Shown here: piece by piece, positions 39,108 to 47,997 of the stretch
Layout of the letters: each line of letters begins with the position of its first letter
How positions within the stretch are numbered: the stretch's first letter is position 1
Virus record (IMG/VR): IMGVR_UViG_3300028902_000450
DNA length: 52,754 nt
DNA from: a virus
Direction: 5' to 3' (one strand)
Made by a program: the position numbers and the translations under genes
Notes under the pieces: model-generated
The model's database searches: none
Told to the model about the DNA's origin: nothing
Seen by the model: only the letters and a program-made list of their open reading frames with translations

Positions 39108-41570
39108 ATGAAATATCACATCGTCGAGCAAGACGGAAAATTTTGTATCGCCGCGCAAGACAGCGACACGCCCATCAACGACATGCGCTATGACGACAAG
39201 GACGCCGCGCAAACCGCGCTGGACGCGCTGATGGAGAAAGCGAACGCGTCGCAAGCGAGTGCGAACGAATCCAAAAGCGTTGACCTTGAAGCGGAATTGC
39301 AAAAAATCCGCGAAGCGTTTTACGCGCTCTATCCATCGCAGTACGAATCCAGCGCGTTTGAGATGTGGATTGTCGCAATCCTCGACGACGCGCTCATCGT
39401 CAAAGCCGGGACCCAAAAATATCGCGTGCCGTACCTCAAGACCGACACGGAGATTGCATTTGCGCCGCGCGACCAATGGACGCCGGGCGAAATGGTGCAA
39501 GAGTTCGTGCCCGATGTTGTGGGAGATGACCCGCTCGAAGTCAAAGCGCTGCCCGATGGGCGCATCCGCGCGTATGCGTTGGTGTGGGGCGATGAACACA
39601 ACACTGACCTGTCGCAGCAAAAAGATTTCTTTACACCACGTACTGATTTTTGGGACAAACAATTGCCGATGCCGCGCCCGTTGACCTACCATCACGGCTG
39701 GAATGCAGAGACCAAAGCGATGCCCGTCATTGGCAAGATCGATGAATTCGGCGACGACGACATCGGGCGCTGGTACATCGCCGAACTTGATAAAGCGCAT
39801 CGCTACGAAAAAGCCGTCCGCGCGTTGATTCAAAAACACGCGTTGAAATCATCGGTGGATTCGATACCGCAGTACGCGCGGCGAGAAGCCAAAGCCAACG
39901 GCGCGCACGAAATTCAAGTCTATCCGTTATTCGGCGTCACCTTGACGCCTACGCCGATGGAACCGCGCTTGTTCCCGGCGGAAGAACTCAAAGCGTTTTA
40001 CAAATCTATCGGCGTTGAACTGACGCTGCCGGAGGCATCTGCGGAGACGCAACCGCGTGCAGATGCGGCTAGCAAGGACGATGCCAAGCATTCAAACTCT
40101 GACGGAGCAAAACCGTCAATGGAGGCAAAAGCCATGACCAGAGAAGAAATGCTCGCCCTCATTCGTGAAGAAAAAGAGCGCGAGCAAAAAGCCGCCGAAG
40201 CCAAAGCCGACGAAGAAAAACGCATCAACGACTTGGCAGAGGCGAAAGCGCAAGAAAAATTGAACGCCCTCGCGAAGGAACGCCGCATCCCGTTGTTTTC
40301 CGCCGAAGCAAAATCGCGCGTCAGCGTCGTATCGAAATACGACGACATGGCGCTCGCCGACCTCGCGTTCTTGGCGGTTGTGCGCGGCGAAGCCAAAGCC
40401 ATCGGCAAGAGCCACGGCATTGACGAGGAACTCGCCCGCGTTCTCGCCATGAAATCCATCAAAGCCGTCGAGCAAGGCAAACTCGAAGTGAAAGCGATGG
40501 AAGATTTTTTCCCCGATGTGCCGATGGAAGCCAAAGCCAACGAAGCGATGCAGTCCACGCTGGCGAGCTACGGCGACGAATGGGTCCCGACGAACTATTC
40601 CTCGCAGCTGTGGCAGGTCGTGCGCGCCAAAGCGCGTTTGCTGCAAGGCGGTTTCATCCCGGAGCAAGAAATCCCCAAGGGCTACGAGAGCGATACCATC
40701 CCGCTCGAAGGTTCGACGGATTTCACCTTCTACAACGTCGGTCAGGCGGCGAATGAAGATTCGACGATGAAGGACATTCCCGCAACCATCAATTCGTCCA
40801 AGTTCAGCACTGACCAACGCGTCATCACCGTCGGCAAACTCGGTGCGCGCGGCTACATTCCCGGCGAGTTGGATGAAGATTCGATTGTGGATTACATCCC
40901 TGAAGCGCGCCGCAAGTTGGAAGCGCAGATGCCGCAGGAATTGGATTTCATCTTTTTCAATGCGGATGACACCGCAGCGACCGACAACATCAACGGCAAT
41001 GGCACGCCGGTTTCGGGTGCGGATTACACCGTGTTCAAGGGCATCATTCGCAATGCGCTCAAGAATGGTTCAGGCGCAAACGCGTATGACATGGGTGCGG
41101 CAATGACCAGCACCAAAGTGCGCGCGTTGTACCAAACTCTGGGCACGGACGGTTTCTATGTCGCCGACGATCCGCAGGCATGCCGCGTGTTCACGGATTA
41201 CTTGACCTGGTGGGCGGTGATGGGCTTGAGCGATTTGCTCACCGTCGCGAACGCGGGGCAAGATGCAGCGACCATCGTACGCGGCGCCAATCCCGACGAA
41301 GGCATTTTGATTCACGGCGTGCGCTGGTACCCCAGCGTCGGCGTGAAAAAAGCGCAGGCGACGGGCGTGCGTCACGGCACCGAAGGTTCGAACACCAAAG
41401 GGCGCGCCGTCTTGGTGCGCGGCGACCAATGGAAGATTCGTTGGAAGCGGCGCGCGAAATACGAGACGGTCCGCAATCCCGACAACGACACGACCAAAAT
41501 CATCGTCACGCTGCGCGCCGGCATCGGGTATCGCGACACCGAAGCGTCCGCCATCGGCTACAACATCTAA
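39108..41570 (+). CDS. Prohead protease - scaffold - major capsid protein fusion (820 aa, HK97-type)
   Basis: Protease-like region (IRAYALVWGDEHNTDLSQQKDFF...LTYHHGW...VIGKIDEFGDDDIGRWYIAEL...LKSSVDS...LFGVTLTPTPMEPR), then a Lys/Glu/Ala coiled coil, then an HK97-fold-like C-terminal ~400 aa. Confidence 0.7.
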   Translation: MKYHIVEQDGKFCIAAQDSDTPINDMRYDDKDAAQTALDALMEKANASQASANESKSVDLEAELQKIREAFYALYPSQYESSAFEMWIVAILDDALIVKAGTQKYRVPYLKTDTEIAFAPRDQWTPGEMVQEFVPDVVGDDPLEVKALPDGRIRAYALVWGDEHNTDLSQQKDFFTPRTDFWDKQLPMPRPLTYHHGWNAETKAMPVIGKIDEFGDDDIGRWYIAELDKAHRYEKAVRALIQKHALKSSVDSIPQYARREAKANGAHEIQVYPLFGVTLTPTPMEPRLFPAEELKAFYKSIGVELTLPEASAETQPRADAASKDDAKHSNSDGAKPSMEAKAMTREEMLALIREEKEREQKAAEAKADEEKRINDLAEAKAQEKLNALAKERRIPLFSAEAKSRVSVVSKYDDMALADLAFLAVVRGEAKAIGKSHGIDEELARVLAMKSIKAVEQGKLEVKAMEDFFPDVPMEAKANEAMQSTLASYGDEWVPTNYSSQLWQVVRAKARLLQGGFIPEQEIPKGYESDTIPLEGSTDFTFYNVGQAANEDSTMKDIPATINSSKFSTDQRVITVGKLGARGYIPGELDEDSIVDYIPEARRKLEAQMPQELDFIFFNADDTAATDNINGNGTPVSGADYTVFKGIIRNALKNGSGANAYDMGAAMTSTKVRALYQTLGTDGFYVADDPQACRVFTDYLTWWAVMGLSDLLTVANAGQDAATIVRGANPDEGILIHGVRWYPSVGVKKAQATGVRHGTEGSNTKGRAVLVRGDQWKIRWKRRAKYETVRNPDNDTTKIIVTLRAGIGYRDTEASAIGYNI

Positions 41571-41592
41571 TCGCAACAAGTTTGCGAACGAA

Positions 41593-41626
41593 CGTGCCAT
41601 CATTACCCGAGATGAATGATGGCACG
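41593..41626 (+). other. Perfect 12-bp stem-loop after the capsid gene
   Basis: CGTGCCATCATT-acccgagatg-AATGATGGCACG. No U-tract follows, so it may be an RNA stabiliser or a weak terminator. Confidence 0.5.
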
Positions 41627-41685
41627 CGGGCAGGGCGTCAGCGGGCTTGACCTCCTTTGGCGCTGGCGCTCTGCTTTCCAGAACT

Positions 41686-42213
41686 ATGAAACCGAAATTC
41701 AATTTTCAAGACATGCGGGCATTTGTGCAGCCATATCGCGCTGCGCTCGCCGCACTCGTCATTGCGTTCGTCGTGATGCTGCTTCTGGCGGGCGTTGCCT
41801 TTGCCGCCACGTCGCGCACCGCCATTTTGTGTGACAGCGGCGAAGCGAATTGCGTCGAAGCCTGGAACGGCATGAACGTCGTCATGTATGCCGACGCGGG
41901 CAATACGCGCGTGTTCAAGGTGAATGGCGCAGACGGTGTCATCACCGGCAAGGTCCTGCAATACGCCACGCCCGGCTCGAGACAGATTTGCTCGACGCAA
42001 ACCATCACGGGCACCGGCGTTCTTGCGACCGGGTTGGCGACTCCGCAATATGTGAATGCTTCGATTGCACAAGATTTGACCGGCGACGGCAATCGCTTGA
42101 GTTATACCAATTCGGCGGCGACCGTGACGGTCAAAATCTGGAATTCCGCGCTCACGCCTGCGGCGGCAACCACTCCGGTTACAGTGAGTTGGTGCGCCGT
42201 CGGCGTTCCGTAA
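41686..42213 (+). CDS. Hypothetical protein with N-terminal TM/signal segment (175 aa)
   Basis: MKPKFNFQDM...ALAALVIAFVVMLLLAGVAFA, then a beta-rich domain. Confidence 0.55.
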   Translation: MKPKFNFQDMRAFVQPYRAALAALVIAFVVMLLLAGVAFAATSRTAILCDSGEANCVEAWNGMNVVMYADAGNTRVFKVNGADGVITGKVLQYATPGSRQICSTQTITGTGVLATGLATPQYVNASIAQDLTGDGNRLSYTNSAATVTVKIWNSALTPAAATTPVTVSWCAVGVP

Positions 42214-42232
42214 CCTATGCGTGTGCGCGGCA

Positions 42233-42571
42233 ATGAATCGTTTGCCGCGCACACGCCAACGAATCATGCAAACCCTGAAAACGCTGGAATTGTTCAGTGG
42301 CATTTTGCCGAGCGGCGATGTGGTCACGCTCTTTACGGGCAACGAACGCGCGTTCGACGATGCGGACGCGGCGTATTTGCTCGCCGAATATCCCGAACGG
42401 TTTGAGCGCGTTGCAGAAGAACGCGCGCCGCGTGCTCCATCCGGCATGGGATTGTCTGCGGACAAGCCGCAACCCGCCGCGCCACCGGATGCCTCGCTCG
42501 AAACGAAAATGACAGATGTTCCCGACGATGTGGAAAAATTCGGCGCGACCGCGCGACGCAAAAAGAGTTAG
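42233..42571 (+). CDS. Hypothetical protein (112 aa; start uncertain, GTG at 42221 also possible)
   Basis: ORF 42221-42571. It contains an LSADK motif copy. Confidence 0.5.
   Translation: MNRLPRTRQRIMQTLKTLELFSGILPSGDVVTLFTGNERAFDDADAAYLLAEYPERFERVAEERAPRAPSGMGLSADKPQPAAPPDASLETKMTDVPDDVEKFGATARRKKS
42452..42466. repeat. Dyad motif copy TTGTCTGCGGACAAG
   Basis: In 42233-42571, in frame as LSADK. Confidence 0.9.
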
Positions 42572-42574
42572 ACC

Positions 42575-43168
42575 ATGTCCTACGCGACCCTCGCGCAATT
42601 GCGCGAATACCTGAAACTTGGCGTAACCGAAACGGGCGATGATACGTTTCTGACCAACTGCCTCACGCGTGCGCAGGATTTCATCGAAGGCGCAGAATGC
42701 TGCAATCGCGTGTTCGAGGCGAGCGTTGACAGCACGCGTTCGTTCTTTGTGCATCAAAGCGTTTCCGACGACGGACTGACGTTGCGGCTCGATTATGACC
42801 TGGCGAGCACGCCGACGACCGTGACCAACGGCGACGGCGAAGTGATTCCGTCGAACGCGTATACCTTGCTGCCGCTGAACGTGACGCCGAAATATGCAAT
42901 CAAACTCAAGTCAACCAGCGGCTATGTGTGGGTCTATGGCGACGATCCGGACAATACCATCAACATCACCGCGAAGTGGGCGTTCTCGCTCACGGCGCCC
43001 GAGCGCATCAAGACCGCGACGCTGCTGCTCGCCAAGTGGCTCTATCGCCAAAAGAACGCGACAAGCGAAGCGGACAATCCCATCGTCGCGCAAGGCGGTT
43101 TTATCATCATGCCTTCGAAACTCCCCAGCGCGTTTTGGGACATGGTGAGCGGTTACAAGCGGAGATAA
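42575..43168 (+). CDS. Head-tail connector (gp6-like adaptor), 197 aa
   Basis: N-terminal YATLAQLREYLKLGVTETGDDTFLTNCLTRAQDFIEG follows the gp6-like connector pattern. The position after the capsid gene fits. Confidence 0.6.
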   Translation: MSYATLAQLREYLKLGVTETGDDTFLTNCLTRAQDFIEGAECCNRVFEASVDSTRSFFVHQSVSDDGLTLRLDYDLASTPTTVTNGDGEVIPSNAYTLLPLNVTPKYAIKLKSTSGYVWVYGDDPDNTINITAKWAFSLTAPERIKTATLLLAKWLYRQKNATSEADNPIVAQGGFIIMPSKLPSAFWDMVSGYKRR

Positions 43169-43226
43169 TTAAGTTGGCGCGTTTTCCGTGCAGCCAAATG
43201 CACTGCACGGAAAACGCCGTAACTTT

Positions 43227-43715
43227 ATGCCAAGCGCAAGTGTCATTCGAACCATCTATGCCACGTTGGCGAGCAAAGCGGTGAGCGTCAGCAATTCGGT
43301 CGCGTATGGAACGAAAACGCCGCCCGTGTTCGACCTCGACGCGCTGCCCGACTATGTGGATTCGGCGAAACTGCCGTGCCGCCTGCTGCTGCCGTTCGGG
43401 ACCGCCAAATCCGAAGGACGCGACGTGCATTTCATCGCGCTCGGCAACACCGCGAAAGCGACGTGGCATGTGATTGATTTGTTGCTGTGGCGACCGGTCG
43501 AAGAGGGCATCGGCGTCAACAGTGTCGCCGCGGACTTGATGACCTACTGCGCGCAATACGTTGCGATGCTGCGCGCCAATCGTTCGTTGGTTTCGCAAAC
43601 CGTAATCAAGAGCGTGAATCTCACTCCCGACACATGGGAATATCCGCTTGGCAGCGGCGTTTTCTATTGGGGGGTGGAATGCGCGCTCGACATTGACGAG
43701 GTGTTAAGTGGCTGA
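43227..43715 (+). CDS. Hypothetical head-tail joining/tail protein (162 aa)
   Basis: Internal ATG (MPSASVIRT) of ORF 43188-43715. The call rests on synteny only. Confidence 0.5.
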   Translation: MPSASVIRTIYATLASKAVSVSNSVAYGTKTPPVFDLDALPDYVDSAKLPCRLLLPFGTAKSEGRDVHFIALGNTAKATWHVIDLLLWRPVEEGIGVNSVAADLMTYCAQYVAMLRANRSLVSQTVIKSVNLTPDTWEYPLGSGVFYWGVECALDIDEVLSG

Positions 43716-44034
43716 TGAAGTAATTTTGCGCTACGTCGGCGACGGCGCGTTTCTGAACGGCGTGCCCGCGCGCGATTTGACGCAAGCAGACATCGAGCAA
43801 TGCGGTCACAGCGTCGAGCAGCTGCTCGCGTTCCAACCGCGCGTGTACGACGACGCGTCATCACGCACACGCGAATCGAGTGACTCTATGCGTGATGACG
43901 CGTCGGAACGGACAGATGCGCCGCTGGTCGAGTCATCGGTCGCGGTGGTTAATTTGACAGACGGTGTATCGGAGCAAGAGGCGCATGTTGCTGGGCGCGC
44001 GCTCCGTCAACGCCGCAAGGAGAATGAAGCATGA
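43708..44034 (+). CDS. Hypothetical protein (108 aa, GTG start)
   Basis: ORF overlapping both neighbours by a few nt. Confidence 0.5.
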   Translation: MADEVILRYVGDGAFLNGVPARDLTQADIEQCGHSVEQLLAFQPRVYDDASSRTRESSDSMRDDASERTDAPLVESSVAVVNLTDGVSEQEAHVAGRALRQRRKENEA

Positions 44035-45002
44035 TAACTGAACTCTTGCGCGTCCAAGTCGGAAAAGAAACGACGTGGGGCACAGGCGTCACCGATTCCG
44101 CGAAATTGATGGGCGTGTCGGACATCAATTTACAGCCCGGCGTCGCCGCAAAACGATTCAAGGAATTGCGCGGCAACCTCGCGCCCGCTCATCTCGCTGC
44201 GCTGACCAAAGTCGCCCCGCAGGGCAGCATGTCGCAAATCGCGACCTACGAGGATATTTGCTATTTGCTCGAAGCGATGTGCGGCGTCGCGACGCCATCG
44301 GGGGCAGGTCCCTACGTGCGCACGGGCGGCGCGCCCACGACCGTTGCGGTTGCCACGCCGCGCTTCATGACGGCTTTCTATGACGACCCGGGCGGCGCGG
44401 GCACGTACAAAGCCGCGGGCGTCATTCCATCGAAACTGACCATCAGCGGCAAGCAGAGCGAGGAGATGATGCTGAAAGCGGACCTGCTTGCCAAGCAAAT
44501 CACGACGGGCTCGCCCGCCTCGCTCAGCGACCGCAGCGTGAGTGTCGTGATGGGCAGCGACACGAAACTTTACGTGGACGCGTGGGGCGGCACCATCGGC
44601 ACAACCGAAATGGCGACCATGTCGTATTCCTACGAGCTCATGCTCGATGCCCAGCGCGTGCTCAAGCACTATCTCGGCGCGCTTACGCCCGGTAGATATG
44701 TCGAGCGCAAGTGGGACGGCGAACTCAAGATGATGCTCGAATTCAACGCGACGAGCAAAGCGTTTCTCGACGCCCTGATTGCGCCCGCGCTGTTTCAAAA
44801 GCAAGTGCGCATCAAAGCCACGTCCGACGCGAATCATATCGTGCAGTTGGATTTCGCGGGGACCGCCGAAGACACCCCCGCACTCTTTACCGATGACGAC
44901 GGCGTTTCGACGCTTGAATTCACTTTGAAAGGAACGTATCACTCGACATTGGCGAATTGGTTCGCGTACTCTGTGACCAATCAAGTGTCGGCGCTGCCAT
45001 AA
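44031..45002 (+). CDS. Major tail (tube) protein, putative (323 aa)
   Basis: It lies immediately upstream of the chaperone/tape-measure genes. Size and beta-rich composition fit. Confidence 0.6.
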   Translation: MITELLRVQVGKETTWGTGVTDSAKLMGVSDINLQPGVAAKRFKELRGNLAPAHLAALTKVAPQGSMSQIATYEDICYLLEAMCGVATPSGAGPYVRTGGAPTTVAVATPRFMTAFYDDPGGAGTYKAAGVIPSKLTISGKQSEEMMLKADLLAKQITTGSPASLSDRSVSVVMGSDTKLYVDAWGGTIGTTEMATMSYSYELMLDAQRVLKHYLGALTPGRYVERKWDGELKMMLEFNATSKAFLDALIAPALFQKQVRIKATSDANHIVQLDFAGTAEDTPALFTDDDGVSTLEFTLKGTYHSTLANWFAYSVTNQVSALP

Positions 45003-45007
45003 GCATC

Positions 45008-45346
45008 ATGCCCAAGCCCAAACCTTCCATCACCAACTCCAACGGAGAAGCACAAGCCGAACACATCGGCAACCTCACGTTTCGCGTGCCCGCGCCCTCC
45101 GCGCCGGGGTATCTCTTGCGCCAGCGGCGCGCGTCCGAATTCAGCACCGCGCTGCGCGAGGGCAATCTGACACCTGCCGCGTGGGATGCGCTCGTCGAAT
45201 TCTTTCTCGATTACGTGGACGAACCGCGCGACCGCGACGCCGCGCGGGAATTGATTTGGCAGGCGAGTGAAGAGGATTACGACCGCATGCTCGGCGCGTT
45301 GAGCGGAAAGAAGGCAGCACCCCCTTTGCCGAGCAGCGCCAACTAA
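45008..45346 (+). CDS. Tail assembly chaperone (gpG-like), 112 aa
   Basis: Position before the tape measure gene. It contains the slippery site C_CCU_UUG near its 3' end. Confidence 0.65.
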   Translation: MPKPKPSITNSNGEAQAEHIGNLTFRVPAPSAPGYLLRQRRASEFSTALREGNLTPAAWDALVEFFLDYVDEPRDRDAARELIWQASEEDYDRMLGALSGKKAAPPLPSSAN

Positions 45347-45519
45347 GGAACTGGCTCAGAGGTAACGCGAGCCGTCCTCCGGAGTGGGCGCTGATACTCG
45401 AAGCGGCAGGCGGCGATCCATTGCGCGCGCAAGAGCTTGAAAAAAATGTGAGCGCGGAATGGTGGCTGCGGTGGCTGAGTGCGCGCCGGGTGCGCGGCGA
45501 ACTCGCCGCGAAAAAATAA
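45322..45519 (+). CDS. -1 frame extension giving the gpGT-like fusion chaperone
   Basis: After the heptamer CCCTTTG (45322-45328) the -1 frame stays open for 65 codons (PFAEQRQLRNWLRGNASRPPEWALILEAAGGDPLRAQELEKNVSAEWWLRWLSARRVRGELAAKK) to TAA at 45517-45519, just before the tape measure gene. Confidence 0.6.
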   Translation, partial: PFAEQRQLRNWLRGNASRPPEWALILEAAGGDPLRAQELEKNVSAEWWLRWLSARRVRGELAAKK

Positions 45520-45537
45520 TTTTTTGCAAACACATCA

Positions 45538-47997
45538 ATGGCAATTCTAACCATTACCATCAAAGGTGACGACCAAGCCAGCGACAAAGTCGAGAAACTC
45601 GCGAAAGCGTTCGCGCAGCTCGAGCAGGGCGCCAAGCGCGCGGGAGAGGGACTCGACAAGGCAGCGGCGCAAACGGGCAAGCTGAGCCAAGCTGCCCAAG
45701 CCGTTGACGGTGCCGGGCGTCAAGCGCGCATTGGACTTGGAGCAGCCGCACAAGCCGCCGAGCAGTTGGGCGTGAATATCGGGGGCGTCGTCGGACCGGC
45801 GGCGGGCGCGGCAGGCGCGGGTGCGGCGTTGGGACCCATCGGCATTGTCGTCGGCGCGCTCGTCATCGGCATTGGTCTCGCGGCAGCCGCGATTGACAAG
45901 TACAACCAATCGCAAGCCGCGACCGTGATGCAGACCGATGCGGTCATTCAGTCCATGCACGGATTGATTACGACGAACAAAGCGGCAGCCGCTGCCGCGC
46001 AAGAGTACGCGCTCGCGCAGGCGCAAGCCATCACCTACGCGCAAAAAGGTCTCTCGACGAATCTGGGCGATTACGCGCAGTCGGCGGCGGATGCCGTTCT
46101 CGCATTGGACAAAGCGACGAACGGCGTGATGCGGTTCATTCCGCAGTGGAATCAGCAGGTCGCGGGCGCGCGCGCATTGGGCGAAGCCGTTGAAACGAGC
46201 GCGGAAAAAGCCGACAAACTGCGTGCGGCGTTGGTGAATCTCCCCTTTAACGAAATGCGCGACGCGCTCAATCAGCTCACCGCGCAAAATCCCTTCGAGC
46301 GGTTGGCGCAATCGGCGGGCTTGTCTGCGGACAAGTTGAAAGAAATGGCATCCGCGAGCGTGACCGTGCGGAATTCGCTCAACGACCTCATCAGCATCGA
46401 ACAGACGCTCGCGCTGCTCCAAGCCCAACGCGCGGAGCTGCAGCGGCAGCTCGCCGACGCGCAAATGGCAGGGGACACTGCCAAGATTGGAGAGTTGACC
46501 GCCAAGTTGGACGAAAACGCCGCGGCGATGGAACGGGTGCGGCTTAAAGCGAACGAAGTCCGCGACGCGTTGCAAAACATGGTCGGCGACAAACCCATTT
46601 ACGATTTGCAGCGACTCGAAAACGCCGCGCGCGCGGCGGCGAACAACGGCATGACCGCCGTGCAAGATTGGAACAAGAAAGTCGAGGACGCGCAAGACCG
46701 CGTGGCACGCGCGATGGGCATCCTCAAGGACCCCATCGAACGATGGGAAAAAGACCAAATCGACGCGTATCAAAATTCACAGCGCGCGGCGGAAAAATGG
46801 GCGCAAGCGGTCAGCGCCGCGATGCAAAAGGTGCGCGCGCTCGTCGAAGCGGCGATGCAACCCACGCAGGTTTCGCTCGACGACCTCAACGCCGCGATGA
46901 CGGGCAAGTACATCCCCAAGTGGGATGAATTCAGACGCCGCGTCGAAGCCGTCGCAACGGGGACGAACATTGACCAATTCGGTCCCAAGTTCAAGGCGCA
47001 ATTGGAAATGGTGCAATCCATGTTCCAAAACCTGAACCTTGACGAAATCGCCGCCAAGTTCAAGGATTTCAGTTTGTTCGCCGATTTGAACACCGACCAA
47101 ATCAAGCAGCTCATTGATTTCGGACCCATCGAAGCGCAGGTCTCGCAGCAAATTGACAGCATCATTGGCAAAGCCAAAGCGATGGAAGTGGCATTCAATG
47201 ACGTGTGGGCATCGCTCTCGTCACAGAAAAAGATTGACCTTGCGCAGGCGCTCAACATTGACGTAACCAAAGTGGACATCAATTCGGCGCAAGTGCAAGA
47301 CCAGATTGAAAAAGCAGTCACGGGCGCGACTGGCGGCGCGGGCGCGGGACAAAACCAAGTCGCCGCGACTGTGACTGCCAAACTCACGTTCGACCACGCG
47401 GCGGCAGATAAAGAAGCGGCGGCGGCGCAAGCGAAAATTTTGGCGATTCCCGCGAGCAAGGCGGGCGAGACGGTCAAGACGCTGTTGAACGTGGACCACG
47501 CGGCAGCGGATGCCGCCGTCAGCGCGCTCACCAGCGCGATTGCCGGCATTCCCGCGAGCAAGGCGGGCGAGATGGTGACGACGATTGTGGATGTCGTCAA
47601 GGCGCCGACGTTCGACGAAAACTTTGACGCCATCATGGAAAAAATCAACTCCATCCCGACCGAGATTGACGTGCACGTGAATATGGTCGGCGGGGAGAGC
47701 GGTGGAACGGAAGGCGGCGGTACGCCACCCGTTGGGCAGCAGCACGGCGGCGCGGGCGTGCTCGCGCGCGACACGCTTTTTTACGCGCACGCGGGCGAGG
47801 GCTATTGGTTCAGCGGGGTGCCGTGGCGCGTGCCTCCACCATCGGGGGGCTCGAACGCGCGTTTTGGACCGCCATCCATCACCATCGGCACGGTCGTCGT
47901 GCGCGACCCGGAAGACGCCAAAAAATTGGCGCGCGAAATTATTGCGGAATGGGAAGACCAATTGATGCGCAGCGGGCGCGCGTTGGAGCGGCACTAA
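45538..47997 (+). CDS. Tape measure protein (819 aa)
   Basis: Long Ala/Gln-rich helical protein with a Gly/Ala hydrophobic block (GPAAGAAGAGAALGPIGIVVGALVIGIGLAAAAI) and the internal repeat IPASKAGE(T/M)V. Confidence 0.85.
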   Translation: MAILTITIKGDDQASDKVEKLAKAFAQLEQGAKRAGEGLDKAAAQTGKLSQAAQAVDGAGRQARIGLGAAAQAAEQLGVNIGGVVGPAAGAAGAGAALGPIGIVVGALVIGIGLAAAAIDKYNQSQAATVMQTDAVIQSMHGLITTNKAAAAAAQEYALAQAQAITYAQKGLSTNLGDYAQSAADAVLALDKATNGVMRFIPQWNQQVAGARALGEAVETSAEKADKLRAALVNLPFNEMRDALNQLTAQNPFERLAQSAGLSADKLKEMASASVTVRNSLNDLISIEQTLALLQAQRAELQRQLADAQMAGDTAKIGELTAKLDENAAAMERVRLKANEVRDALQNMVGDKPIYDLQRLENAARAAANNGMTAVQDWNKKVEDAQDRVARAMGILKDPIERWEKDQIDAYQNSQRAAEKWAQAVSAAMQKVRALVEAAMQPTQVSLDDLNAAMTGKYIPKWDEFRRRVEAVATGTNIDQFGPKFKAQLEMVQSMFQNLNLDEIAAKFKDFSLFADLNTDQIKQLIDFGPIEAQVSQQIDSIIGKAKAMEVAFNDVWASLSSQKKIDLAQALNIDVTKVDINSAQVQDQIEKAVTGATGGAGAGQNQVAATVTAKLTFDHAAADKEAAAAQAKILAIPASKAGETVKTLLNVDHAAADAAVSALTSAIAGIPASKAGEMVTTIVDVVKAPTFDENFDAIMEKINSIPTEIDVHVNMVGGESGGTEGGGTPPVGQQHGGAGVLARDTLFYAHAGEGYWFSGVPWRVPPPSGGSNARFGPPSITIGTVVVRDPEDAKKLAREIIAEWEDQLMRSGRALERH
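46320..46335. repeat. Dyad motif copy CTTGTCTGCGGACAAG
   Basis: In the tape measure gene, in frame as LSADK. Confidence 0.9.
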
